A stretch of 64,000 nucleotides of DNA from a virus. Positions within the stretch are counted from its first letter, which is position 1; every line of letters starts with the position of its first letter. The stretch is taken from positions 32,001 to 96,000 of IMG/VR virus record IMGVR_UViG_3300023184_000035. The stretch is one strand, 5' to 3'. Below, piece after piece: positions 9,803 to 19,400 of this stretch. The position numbers were made by a program, and so were the translations under genes. Below the pieces are notes generated by a model. The model did not search any database. It was not told where the DNA came from and saw nothing but the letters and a program-made list of their open reading frames with translations.

Positions 9803-10801
9803 TTACACAACAGGCACTAAATTATCCCTAAAAATTTCCCAAGCCCTGTCCCAGTTCCACCGCTGACTGCCATCAAATACCCGATGTCTGGGCAGGAACA
9901 AACAGTCAGTAACTGCTTGTTTTAACTGAGCATTGATACAGCCTGTTATACCTTCATCTATTACATCTAATGGACCTGTAGCAGGATACGCAGCTACCGG
10001 TGTGCCACAGGCCATGGCTTCGATCATCACAATGCCAAATGTCTCCCACTGGCTGGGAAACACAAACACATCTGCCAAATTGTAATAATATGCTAGATCA
10101 GCGCCAGTTTTGAATCCCACAAACTCCACGTCAGGATATCGAGACTCTAACTCTGCACGATATGGTCCATCCCCTACCATGATCTTGCGTGAGTTGGGGT
10201 AACTCATGCCGCAGAAATCATCCAGGTTTTTTTCTTTGCTGACTCTGCTGACACACACCAGCGTGGTCTTGGCATTGGGCAAGCGTTCTCTGGGATAGAA
10301 CACAGTGCGATCAACACCGCGTGTCCAGGAAATAATTTCTCCATCAAATCCATGTGCTTTTAATTCTCGAACCATGGTGTCAGTCGTGGTCAGCACCTTG
10401 CCTGAGTGTTTGTGGAACCAACGCACTAGAGGCCAAGTAACTGCTTCAGGGATGCCAAACAGTTTTCTAAGTCCTTCTGGAAACTTAGTATGATAAGCAG
10501 TATTGTACCTATAATGACGTTTGTCAAGATATTGTCTAACACGCAGACCAATAGGACCCTCGGTGGCGATGTGGATATGATCCGGACGGATCTCCTCAAG
10601 TATCGGGCCCAGGTTCCGCGGAAAGGCAATCTTGACTTCGTTGTAGCCAGGGCAATCAACATAGCGGAACCTCCGGGGATCAAGGTATACAACACGATAG
10701 TGATCCCGAATCGCACACGCCTCAATATTTTTGTAAGTGGTAACCACGCCATTGATCTGATCCGGTAAGTTATCTGTGACTATTAAGATTGTTTTTTGCA
10801 T
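9803..10801 (-). CDS. GT4 glycosyltransferase, Agt-like (glycosyl-diacylglycerol synthase type)
   Basis: ILIVTD...QINGVVTT, HIATEGPIG, YHTKFPE, RVSKEKN, ETFGIVMIEAMACG. Confidence 0.88.
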   Translation of the reverse strand: MQKTILIVTDNLPDQINGVVTTYKNIEACAIRDHYRVVYLDPRRFRYVDCPGYNEVKIAFPRNLGPILEEIRPDHIHIATEGPIGLRVRQYLDKRHYRYNTAYHTKFPEGLRKLFGIPEAVTWPLVRWFHKHSGKVLTTTDTMVRELKAHGFDGEIISWTRGVDRTVFYPRERLPNAKTTLVCVSRVSKEKNLDDFCGMSYPNSRKIMVGDGPYRAELESRYPDVEFVGFKTGADLAYYYNLADVFVFPSQWETFGIVMIEAMACGTPVAAYPATGPLDVIDEGITGCINAQLKQAVTDCLFLPRHRVFDGSQRWNWDRAWEIFRDNLVPVV

Positions 10802-10956
10802 TCGCCCGTTACCTTGAATGTTTTAAACTTTAACTCATATCGCATGGTCGCCAGCACCTGTTCGCAACTGAGTTGATTTGGGAAAACTAATTCTATTCTT
10901 CCGGGTTGATCTTGCGGATTCGTTGTGTGTACTGCTATCAATATCATCAACCACAT
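10783..10956 (-). CDS. small secreted/membrane protein (57 aa, MWLMILIAVH...)
   Basis: ORF read by hand; overlaps plcP-like tail and agt-like start. Confidence 0.5.
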   Translation of the reverse strand: MWLMILIAVHTTNPQDQPGRIELVFPNQLSCEQVLATMRYELKFKTFKVTGECKKQS

Positions 10957-11707
10957 TGTCAGTCTCCTGTGTCCACGTTACAATTTCCCATGTGCCATCA
11001 TGCCGTTCTACCAAGGCAGTGCATGATTCTACCCAGTCGCCGTCGTTCATGTATACAACGCCATCTATATCTTTGATCTCTGCGTGATGTATGTGTCCGC
11101 AGATCACACCATCAAACCCACGCTTCTTGCAGTACTGTGCAAGATTGTGTTCAAAATGAAATATAAAGTCTACTGCTTTTTTGACCCGATGTTTAAGGAA
11201 CAGGCTAAGGCTAAAGTACCCAAAACCAAAATGATGACGAATCCAATTAATCCGAGTATTGAGTCCAAGAATGAAATCATATGCTTTGTCTCCCAACATT
11301 GCCAACCACGGCGCCAGTCTAGTGATGCCGTCAAACAGATCACCGTGTACCACAAGATAGTGCTTGCCGTCGGCACCTATGTGTTCAGTTTGATTTACCA
11401 ATTCAATTATGCCAAACCCAATGCCATATTGCATGAAGGGCCTTAGAAACTCGTCATGATTACCAGCCACATATACCACACGAGTACCACGTTTGCTATG
11501 ACCCAGCACACGGCGAATGACGTTGGTGTGACTTTGTTTCCAGCGCCATTTGTTTTGTTTGATTTTCCAAGCATCAATAATATCTCCCACAAGATATAGT
11601 GTTTCGCAAGTGTTGTGTTTGAGGAAGTTGTTGAGTTTGTCAGCCTGGCTGTCTTTAGTGCCAAGATGTACGTCGCTGATGAAAATGCTGCGATAAGTTT
11701 TTTGCAT
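10835..11707 (-). CDS. PlcP/LpxH2-family metallophosphoesterase (putative phospholipase C)
   Basis: FISDVHLG, GDIID, GNHDE, HGDLFD, ICGHIH, YMNDGDWVESCTALVE; adjacent to Agt-like GT4. Confidence 0.88.
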   Translation of the reverse strand: MQKTYRSIFISDVHLGTKDSQADKLNNFLKHNTCETLYLVGDIIDAWKIKQNKWRWKQSHTNVIRRVLGHSKRGTRVVYVAGNHDEFLRPFMQYGIGFGIIELVNQTEHIGADGKHYLVVHGDLFDGITRLAPWLAMLGDKAYDFILGLNTRINWIRHHFGFGYFSLSLFLKHRVKKAVDFIFHFEHNLAQYCKKRGFDGVICGHIHHAEIKDIDGVVYMNDGDWVESCTALVERHDGTWEIVTWTQETDNVVDDIDSSTHNESARSTRKNRISFPKSTQLRTGAGDHAI

Positions 11708-11728
11708 ATATTATTTAAATCTAGATGT

Positions 11729-11746
11729 GTTACAATAGCATTACAA
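11729..11746 (-). promoter_or_regulatory. Pho box upstream of plcP-like gene
   Basis: Minus strand TTGTAAT-GCTA-TTGTAAC, then 10 nt, then TTAAATAAT. Confidence 0.7.
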
Positions 11747-11791
11747 ACTGGTATCACACAAATGTGTAATATATTGGCACATAAATACCCC

Positions 11792-12433
11792 GTGAAACCC
11801 ACCATAGCCCTTTTCATATACGATCCCAAATGCTCGGTGCAGAGCGGGAATGGGGTTATTCGGGCCTTGAGCCCACATTACAACATCAAGCTATTTTCAA
11901 AAAATCGTGTGGAAGATGTGTTCTTCAATGATGTAGACATGATTGTTGTGCCCGGCGGGTTTGGTGATGCAGATAGTTATGCCAGCCTGTTCAAAAACAA
12001 CGAAAAAAAAGTCAAAGATTTTGTTGCTGATGGGGGCAGATATCTGGGCATTTGCATGGGTGCATACTGGGCAGGCAGTCACTATCTTGATGTGTTGGAT
12101 AGTGTGGATGCAGTACAGTATTTGACACGCCCGGGCACAGACACACGCAGACCACATGCCAAGTCCATTAATGTGATGTGGCGGGGTCAGGCAGATCAGA
12201 TGTTTTGGTATGATGGGTGTGCGTTAGTTGGGGATTCAACAAAGTTTGAAACTGTGAGCACATACGCCAATGGTGATGCTATGGCCATCATACAGAACAG
12301 AATTGGCCTAATTGGCTGCCATCCCGAAGCAGACCGATTCTGGTACGACAGTTACTCATGGATGCGCCGACACTGGCGTGGCGGACATCACAACGTGCTG
12401 TTACAGTTTGCTGATGAGTTGATGACGAAGTAA
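11792..12433 (+). CDS. BPL_N / class I glutamine amidotransferase-like protein
   Basis: VVPGG, GGRYLGICMGAY, GCHPE; GTG start just after ATAAATA. Confidence 0.8.
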   Translation: MKPTIALFIYDPKCSVQSGNGVIRALSPHYNIKLFSKNRVEDVFFNDVDMIVVPGGFGDADSYASLFKNNEKKVKDFVADGGRYLGICMGAYWAGSHYLDVLDSVDAVQYLTRPGTDTRRPHAKSINVMWRGQADQMFWYDGCALVGDSTKFETVSTYANGDAMAIIQNRIGLIGCHPEADRFWYDSYSWMRRHWRGGHHNVLLQFADELMTK

Positions 12434-13051
12434 TGTAACACCGTTTTCAAACGGAAAGTCCATGACTTGTATGTTGGGCTGTGTCTTTAGCTGATCAATG
12501 TAATCGCATACTGAATAATGGTACACTTGATCTGCACCGTAAATTCGGGAAGGATTTCTAGTCATGCTGTCATGGAACACCACAATGCTGTTGGTACTGA
12601 GTTGATCAACAAAGGCTTCATGATCGTACTGTGCTTGTTCAGCACTGTGATATCCGTCCACAAACAGTATGTCAATGTTGTGCAAATTGCGATACACATT
12701 GCTTTGCACAAACTCTTGAGTGGTTTTCTTGTGGTGTGTGATGTTGTTGGCATCGTAATGATCAAACCATTCACTCACACGTTCGGGCGACTGCCAGTGA
12801 TCATCCACCATGCCCGGATCCACAAAGTGTACTGTGCCGGCTTGGCCATTGTCCTGAATGCCACGGGCAAACATCATGGGCACAAACCCACGCCATGAGC
12901 CAATGCACACCACTGTGACCGGGCGGTACATACGTGCCAGTGCATAATACATCCAGCCCATACCCAAGTTCTTGTCCTCAGCACGTTGGCCATGCCCCAT
13001 GCTCATAAGTTCAGGATTGGCAACAATTTGTTCCAGCCAGGCGTTATTCAT
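12401..13051 (-). CDS. class I SAM-dependent methyltransferase (Methyltransf_24-like)
   Basis: CIGSWRG, DILFVDGYH, VVFHD. Confidence 0.85.
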   Translation of the reverse strand: MNNAWLEQIVANPELMSMGHGQRAEDKNLGMGWMYYALARMYRPVTVVCIGSWRGFVPMMFARGIQDNGQAGTVHFVDPGMVDDHWQSPERVSEWFDHYDANNITHHKKTTQEFVQSNVYRNLHNIDILFVDGYHSAEQAQYDHEAFVDQLSTNSIVVFHDSMTRNPSRIYGADQVYHYSVCDYIDQLKTQPNIQVMDFPFENGVTLLRHQLISKL

Positions 13052-14810
13052 TTCTGTACACTTTCAAAGGTTTGATATTGGCACTGTGTGGTGCAACCCA
13101 GTTCACAACATCATCGGGGTTTTCTATTAGGATTTGATCAAACTGATCCAAGGGCAAGCCCAGTTCTGCAACTTCGGCCTTGGTCATAATGCACACAGCA
13201 GACTCGACTTGTTGGTCAAATATCACTGCTCTGGCTGCGGTAAAGCCATTGGCAAAAGGTCTGCTCATGCACTTGCTGTTGATCCAAATGCCTGTGCTGG
13301 CACTGAATGCATTGCTGCCAGTGATCGCAGCCAGTTCATGTGCCAAATGCAAGTCATCTTGGCCCCATGATTCAACTATGACCATGTGCATGGGCACACG
13401 CACACCAGTTTGAAAAATGTGATCCACTATCTGTGTGATGCCATGATTGTAACCCACTTGTGGCACAGCATTTACTTCGCAGATCAGTGCGCCAGTTTCC
13501 AGCCAGCTTTGTGTGATGTCTGGAATCAACAGGTCAATGCCGGCAATGTCCAAGTCCATGACACGGGCAGCACGTAAACACAGTTGTTGATTGTCGGGAT
13601 GTACTGTGCTTTTGTCAATGGCCTGTGTGACACCACCTGCACTGGCATTGTTGCGTCGGCGCAGTTGCAGTTGTTCACCTGCTGACGGCACAGTGTTCAA
13701 CGTGTGTGACTGTTGTGTGAGCATGCCCACAACTTCATCGTCCACAGTCAAGGGTGGCACAGCGGATCCTATCAAGATAAATGGTTCTCCACCTTCGGGA
13801 CGTTTGATGTATCGTGATGGTCCTTGTTGTGCGTCAATCAGTTGTTGCACTGTGCTGACACCATCTCCTGTGACAGTGGCCGACAGTTTCTTGGTCACTG
13901 TGATGATGTTTTGATCCACAATGGTGATTCTGTGTCCCACACCTTCAAAGTGTCGCTCTACCAGGAACTGTGGCACAATCTTTGTGACTTCTGTGTAGGC
14001 ATGTTGCAAGTCTGCCTCTGTGGTGATACCAGCATACACGCCCTGACCATTGTCACGGTCATAAGGTTTGATCACTACAGGATAACCATAGTGCTGGGCT
14101 GCTTTGACAGTTTGTTCCCAGGTTGACACCACTTGATGTTCACTGCCCGGTAACCCTGCTAGGTTCAACAATTCAGCAGTGGAAATTTTGTTCTTGGCAT
14201 ACAACACAGCCTGTGCTGATGTGCGGCCAGTCATGGTGCTGCTGATGCGCTGTGAGTATTTTCCAGTACCCACCATGTGTGTGCCCGGCCATATTTGATT
14301 CACGGGCATGGCACGTTTCATGCACAGGGTCAACAAGAAGCCTTGATTCTGTCCTGGTAATCCATAACGGTCAAGATTGCTGGAAGCCCAGGCCACCAAG
14401 GGTTCAATGTCATGCGGTGCCGGTTGTGAGTACAAGTCAACAATGTCATTGGCAAATTTAAATGCTGTGGCAGTGGCATCCGGATTGGTCACACTCACTG
14501 CCACACGAAAACACACTGCACCTGCAGCAGACTTTTCACGGGTCAACACTTGATAACGATTGGACACAACCACACGATTCATGCCTTGCACAAAACAAGC
14601 CAGACCAATGCCGCGATGCAGCAGTTGCAATTCAACGTCATCAGTGTCAATGTGACTGACAAATCCCAACACACGATCCAGGTCCGCATCCATTGTGTCT
14701 TGATCAAATTGATCGGGTCGTTGTACAATGATATCCAACACAGCCATAGGCCCAAGTATGCCCAGGGCACTGCCTTCACAGGCCGAATACACTGTGCCAA
14801 GTTCAAGCAT
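13044..14810 (-). CDS. cyanophycin-synthetase-like ATP-grasp ligase lacking Mur-domain P-loop
   Basis: GTGKYSQRI, YPVVIKPYD.DNGQGV, GDGVSTVQQLI, N.SAGG, VHPDN, LDIAGIDL, EVNAVP. Confidence 0.85.
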   Translation of the reverse strand: MLELGTVYSACEGSALGILGPMAVLDIIVQRPDQFDQDTMDADLDRVLGFVSHIDTDDVELQLLHRGIGLACFVQGMNRVVVSNRYQVLTREKSAAGAVCFRVAVSVTNPDATATAFKFANDIVDLYSQPAPHDIEPLVAWASSNLDRYGLPGQNQGFLLTLCMKRAMPVNQIWPGTHMVGTGKYSQRISSTMTGRTSAQAVLYAKNKISTAELLNLAGLPGSEHQVVSTWEQTVKAAQHYGYPVVIKPYDRDNGQGVYAGITTEADLQHAYTEVTKIVPQFLVERHFEGVGHRITIVDQNIITVTKKLSATVTGDGVSTVQQLIDAQQGPSRYIKRPEGGEPFILIGSAVPPLTVDDEVVGMLTQQSHTLNTVPSAGEQLQLRRRNNASAGGVTQAIDKSTVHPDNQQLCLRAARVMDLDIAGIDLLIPDITQSWLETGALICEVNAVPQVGYNHGITQIVDHIFQTGVRVPMHMVIVESWGQDDLHLAHELAAITGSNAFSASTGIWINSKCMSRPFANGFTAARAVIFDQQVESAVCIMTKAEVAELGLPLDQFDQILIENPDDVVNWVAPHSANIKPLKVYRNE

Positions 14811-15732
14811 CACCATCCTCCAGACGTTGTTCAAAGTAATCAACAAGATAGCGTTGTAATTCGGGTTGTGGCCTTGCCCAGTGCCAAGCACCGTTGTTGC
14901 CAACCACAATATCTGTGGCAGGATCAAATCCCAGTTGTTGTACAGGATCAAATCGATTCCAGTATCCGCGATTGGGTATTTCTCCGTGCCACAAATGATA
15001 TATGGTATGATCAATGTAACCCACACTGCCTTGCACAGTGGCGTAAAAAGAGTGGGCCCACTTCAAATAGTGTGCAAAATGTGCATCAGTCATGGGCACT
15101 GTGGTGGGTTGTCTTGCTAACTCACCATACGCCGCATGCAAGAACATTCGATCTCCTGCACCCACAATCATGGCGTCATACCACCCGTGTTGATCTATCA
15201 CATCTCTGCGTATGCACCAGGCCAAGCCCGGCATCACTGTGCGTCGAGGATGTCCCCAGGTGTACTGACTGCGTCGTTCTATGGCACCGATGCCATCAGA
15301 TTCAATCTTGGCAACAATGCTTTGTGCGTAATGCTCGTGACTGATTGAGATGTCGGTGTTGCCACGTTCAAGATCCACACTGCGAGAAAACAACTGCACC
15401 GCTTGGTATTGTTGAAGTTGTTGTTGCGCTTTTTCTACCCAGGAATCACTGTCAAACAACACATCACAATCAATCCAGGCCACGGCGTCACAGTCTGGCG
15501 GCAGGTGTTGCAGTGCAACGTTCAGCAGCCGTTCTTTTTGCCACAGCACAGCGCCACCATGCAGTTGTACCATGACATCGGCGTCGGTGGGCGCAAGTTC
15601 AAATTCTCCGTCAAAGCTGAGTTCCACAGTGATCAGTGGCACAGCCAGTTGTTTACGGAACCGTCGGTAATTGTTTAATTTGGTTTGATACCGGGCTGAA
15701 TTGAAATAGGTGGTGATTGCATACAAGTACAT
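14803..15732 (-). CDS. GT-A fold glycosyltransferase-like protein
   Basis: LWQKERLLN, AWIDCD (DxD), GAGD, HLWHG. Confidence 0.7.
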   Translation of the reverse strand: MYLYAITTYFNSARYQTKLNNYRRFRKQLAVPLITVELSFDGEFELAPTDADVMVQLHGGAVLWQKERLLNVALQHLPPDCDAVAWIDCDVLFDSDSWVEKAQQQLQQYQAVQLFSRSVDLERGNTDISISHEHYAQSIVAKIESDGIGAIERRSQYTWGHPRRTVMPGLAWCIRRDVIDQHGWYDAMIVGAGDRMFLHAAYGELARQPTTVPMTDAHFAHYLKWAHSFYATVQGSVGYIDHTIYHLWHGEIPNRGYWNRFDPVQQLGFDPATDIVVGNNGAWHWARPQPELQRYLVDYFEQRLEDGDA

Positions 15733-15768
15733 GTTGTAATTATAACATGTCGGCCCAGTAGTGTCAAA

Positions 15769-16476
15769 TTAATAGCCAAATCTTGTTTTGTATGTGGCGT
15801 ATAGGGATTGTACAGTGGTCAAGTCCAACACACCGTTGTAAACTTTGATGAAACCTATGTTGCCAGTTTGCACTTCACTGCCGGCTGATCTACTGAACAT
15901 TCGCAACTGATTGAAACCACCGCCGCCCGCATTGGTTGTAGAAAATGCCACAGCGGATGGCTGAGTGTTTGTTGCAGTGTACAGTTGTCCCAAACTGGTT
16001 GTGGTGTTCCAGGTGGCCCAACCAAAGTGCCATATCAGGTCAGCGCCAGACCCGGGCAAGTTCACTGACACGTTGGGATAGAATGTGTCAGGGTTGCCGT
16101 TGTACAAGCCCATGAGCCAATCTTTTGATGCTTCACTTTGAGTGTTCAACAATCTACCATTGGCCACGTTGGTTCTTTGATAGGCCATGAACACACTGTA
16201 ACTCTGGCTGGTAACGTAATTAGGACCTCCATACATGGTGTCTGTGGTTGAGGTGCCGGATCCAGTGAAAGTAAAAATTCCACCATTGGTGGCGCTCCAA
16301 CCCAGTCTACTGCCAGCATTGGCCACTGTGATGGTATAAGCACCTGTGCCAGCCACTGTGCTTCCTGTAGTAGGCACAGCCGCATAGTTGGCAGCATCTA
16401 GGTCATACACCAATGTGGGGGCAGATGACACTGCTGGCCTCCAGTTGCTGATAGCAGACTGCATGATACCACTCAT
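15769..16476 (-). CDS. LamG/concanavalin-like virion-associated protein
   Basis: YDLDAANY start, GNIGFIKVYNGVL...Y...KTRFGY end typical of phage LamG modules. Confidence 0.7.
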   Translation of the reverse strand: MSGIMQSAISNWRPAVSSAPTLVYDLDAANYAAVPTTGSTVAGTGAYTITVANAGSRLGWSATNGGIFTFTGSGTSTTDTMYGGPNYVTSQSYSVFMAYQRTNVANGRLLNTQSEASKDWLMGLYNGNPDTFYPNVSVNLPGSGADLIWHFGWATWNTTTSLGQLYTATNTQPSAVAFSTTNAGGGGFNQLRMFSRSAGSEVQTGNIGFIKVYNGVLDLTTVQSLYATYKTRFGY

Positions 16477-19400
16477 CAAGTGACTCCTGTGCCGTTGATA
16501 AACCAAGTGTTGGTAGCCACTTTCATAATGGTGGCCATTCCGTATGTGCTGACAACTCTGTTGCCTGCGGTTGAGTTACCAGCAAAGTAAAGTGTTGTGC
16601 CTGCTTGTGTGACCACCAGCACATTGCCTGCTGCCTGCACTACTAGGCTGAGTGCTGTGCCCACAGGGAATGCCACGTTGGCATTGTCTGGTAAGGTCAG
16701 TGCTAAGTTGCCAGCTGTGGTTGAATAGTAGTGTTTGCCAGCATCGGTTAGTGCTGCTGTGGCATTGGCAGAAAAACTCACCTGTGGAATATCTCTGTAA
16801 CCAATGGCAAATCCAGCTGTGTTGCCTGAAATGTTACCTGTACCAGATATAATGCCTGTGCCAAACAGTATGTTGCCACCTGTTATATTGCCAGTGCCAC
16901 TCACAATGCCTGTGCCAAATAACACGTTGCCACCAGTGATGTTGCCTGTGCCACTCACGATGCCTGTGCCAAACAGTATGTTGCCACCAGTGATATTGCC
17001 TGTAGTTGACACAGTAGTTCCAGTTACATTGCCAACGTGTGTGCCAAGTATATTGCCACCTGAAATATTGGCAGTGGTGGTGATGTTGGCAGCACTGACC
17101 AGAGCACTAACAACATTACTAGATAAACTCAATCCAGCTGCATTCAAGTTGCCACCAGTGATATTGCCTGTAGTTGACACTGTTGTGCCAGTTACATTGC
17201 CCACATGCGTTCCAAGTATATTGCCACCTGAAATATTGGCAGTGGTGGTGATGTTGGCAGCACTGACCAGAGCACTTACAACATTACCACTGAGGCTCAA
17301 TCCTGCACCGTTCAGTGTATTGGCACTGGTGATGTTACCTAAGGCACTTATGGTGCCGCCAGTGATGCCTGGACCAACTCTGATGTCCAGGGCTATGACA
17401 TTGCCTGTGGTAGAAATATTACCACCTGTGTTGATATTACCACCTGTGACATTGCCTGTGGCCGAAACTGTGTTGGTGGACAACAGCACACCTGACACTG
17501 CAATGTTACCACCAGTGATATTGCCGGTGCCTGACACTGTGCCAGTAGCAAATGCCACATTACCATTGAATGTTGCACCATTCACATTGCCGCCGGTGCT
17601 GATCACACCCGATCCTGCCAATATGTTGCCACCTGTGATGTTGCCGGTAGTGCTTATGGGATTTGTGCCCAGCGCAGCCAAGTTGGCCACTACGTTGGCA
17701 TTGCCATAAGAACCTGTGATTCCTGTCAATTGACTACCATTACCCAGTATGTAACTGCCTGTGATGTTGCCAGCCACACTTATAGCATTGCCGTAAGTGA
17801 TTTCTTTTGAAGTGGCATTGTAGAACATCACATTGCCAATGTTGGCCACATCATTGCGCACCGGTGCCACAGTGAATGTGTTGGCAGTGGTCTGATTCAG
17901 GTTAGCGCCAGTGGCGTTCAGAATGATTGAGTTATTGCCTTGTGAGGTTGCACCAGCGTATGCACCAATAGCCACTGCTGCATTGCCTTGATTGGTATTG
18001 CCGGCATACACACCAATGGCCACTGCATTTGCGCTTTGCAAGTTAAAGCCAGCCTGGCTGCCAATGGCTATTGCTGAAAAACCTTGTGTGAATTGACCAG
18101 CACTGGCACCAATAGCTATAGCTTGATCAGATTGTGTAACTCCACCAGCTGTGTCGCCAATTCCTATCGAGTATCGACCTTGTGTATCATAACCAGCGGC
18201 TGCACCAACTGCCACAGAGTTATTGCCTTGTGTGGTCTTGCCAGCCCACCAACCAACTGCTACTGCAAAATTCTTTTGTGTAGTTGCACCAGCTTCTCGT
18301 CCAAATGCTACTGCATTGGCAACGGTGTTTGTAATTGTTGCACCGTTTGTGAGTGTGATCATGCCAGTGCTGATGTTGCCGCCGGTGATGTTGCCAGCCA
18401 CACTTATAGCATTACCATAAGTGACTTCTTTTGTGGTGGCATTGTAAAACATCACATTGGCAATATTGGCCACATCATTGCGCACTGGTGCCACAGTGAA
18501 TGTGTTGGCTGTGGTTTGATTTAAGGCCACACCTGTGGCGTTCAGAATGATTGAGTTATTGCCTTGTGAGGTTGCACCAGCGTATGCACCAATAGCCACT
18601 GCTGCATTGCCTTGTGAGGATTCGCCAGCTGACTCACCAACTGCTACTGCACTATTGCCTTGTGAGACATAACCAGCACTGGCTCCAACTGCCACTGCTG
18701 CATTGCCTTGTGCAGTATTGCCAGCATAAGATCCTATGGCCACTGCTATAGAACCTTGATTGGAAAATCCAGCCTGGGTACCAATTGCTATTGCATTGGC
18801 ACTTTGATTGGACGACCCAGAATCAGTGCCAATTGCCACGGCATTGATACCCTGATCTTGATAACCAGAATGATCGCCCACGGCCACTGCTGAGTTGCCT
18901 TGTAAATTTTGACCTGCAGCATAACCAATGGCCACAGCGGCAGTGCCTTGTGGCTGCCAGGCAGTCCATTCAGTGCCTGGGTCAGGAGTTCCGGTAATGG
19001 CCTGACTGAGGTCTAAAAATTCACCAGTCGGGTCAATGTTCACAACAAAAGTGTCATCCGGCACAAATTCGCCAGTTATGCGCTGTCCAATTCTGATGTC
19101 TGCGTTTGGAGAGATTGTTATCGCAGTGCCACTGCCGCTCTGGTATAGTATACCAAATGTGGTGCCTGCAGCACCAGCACTATCACCAATAGCCACTGCC
19201 GTGATGCCCTGGAAATTTTGACCAGCAGCATAACCAATGGCCACAGCGGCAGGTAGTTGATTGTAGAGCCCAGCCCAATAACCAACAGCCACAGAATTGG
19301 CACCTTGTGAGGTATTGCCGGACAGTTCACCAATGGCCACAGCCGACGAACCTTGTGCATACGAAGCTGCATTGGCACCAATTGCCACTGCTGATAATTG

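Noticed and set aside
14811-15026. Long N-terminal extension of the CphA-like ORF
   Set aside because: Lies inside the upstream GT gene; ATG at 14810 overlapping the upstream stop is more plausible
16804-17709. 301-aa plus-strand ORF with LPPV repeats
   Set aside because: Antisense shadow of the GNITGGN repeats of the fibre gene
17761-18614. DGR template/variable repeat pair
   Set aside because: Both copies are in-frame in one gene, differences look mostly synonymous rather than adenine-specific, and there is no reverse transcriptase in the window
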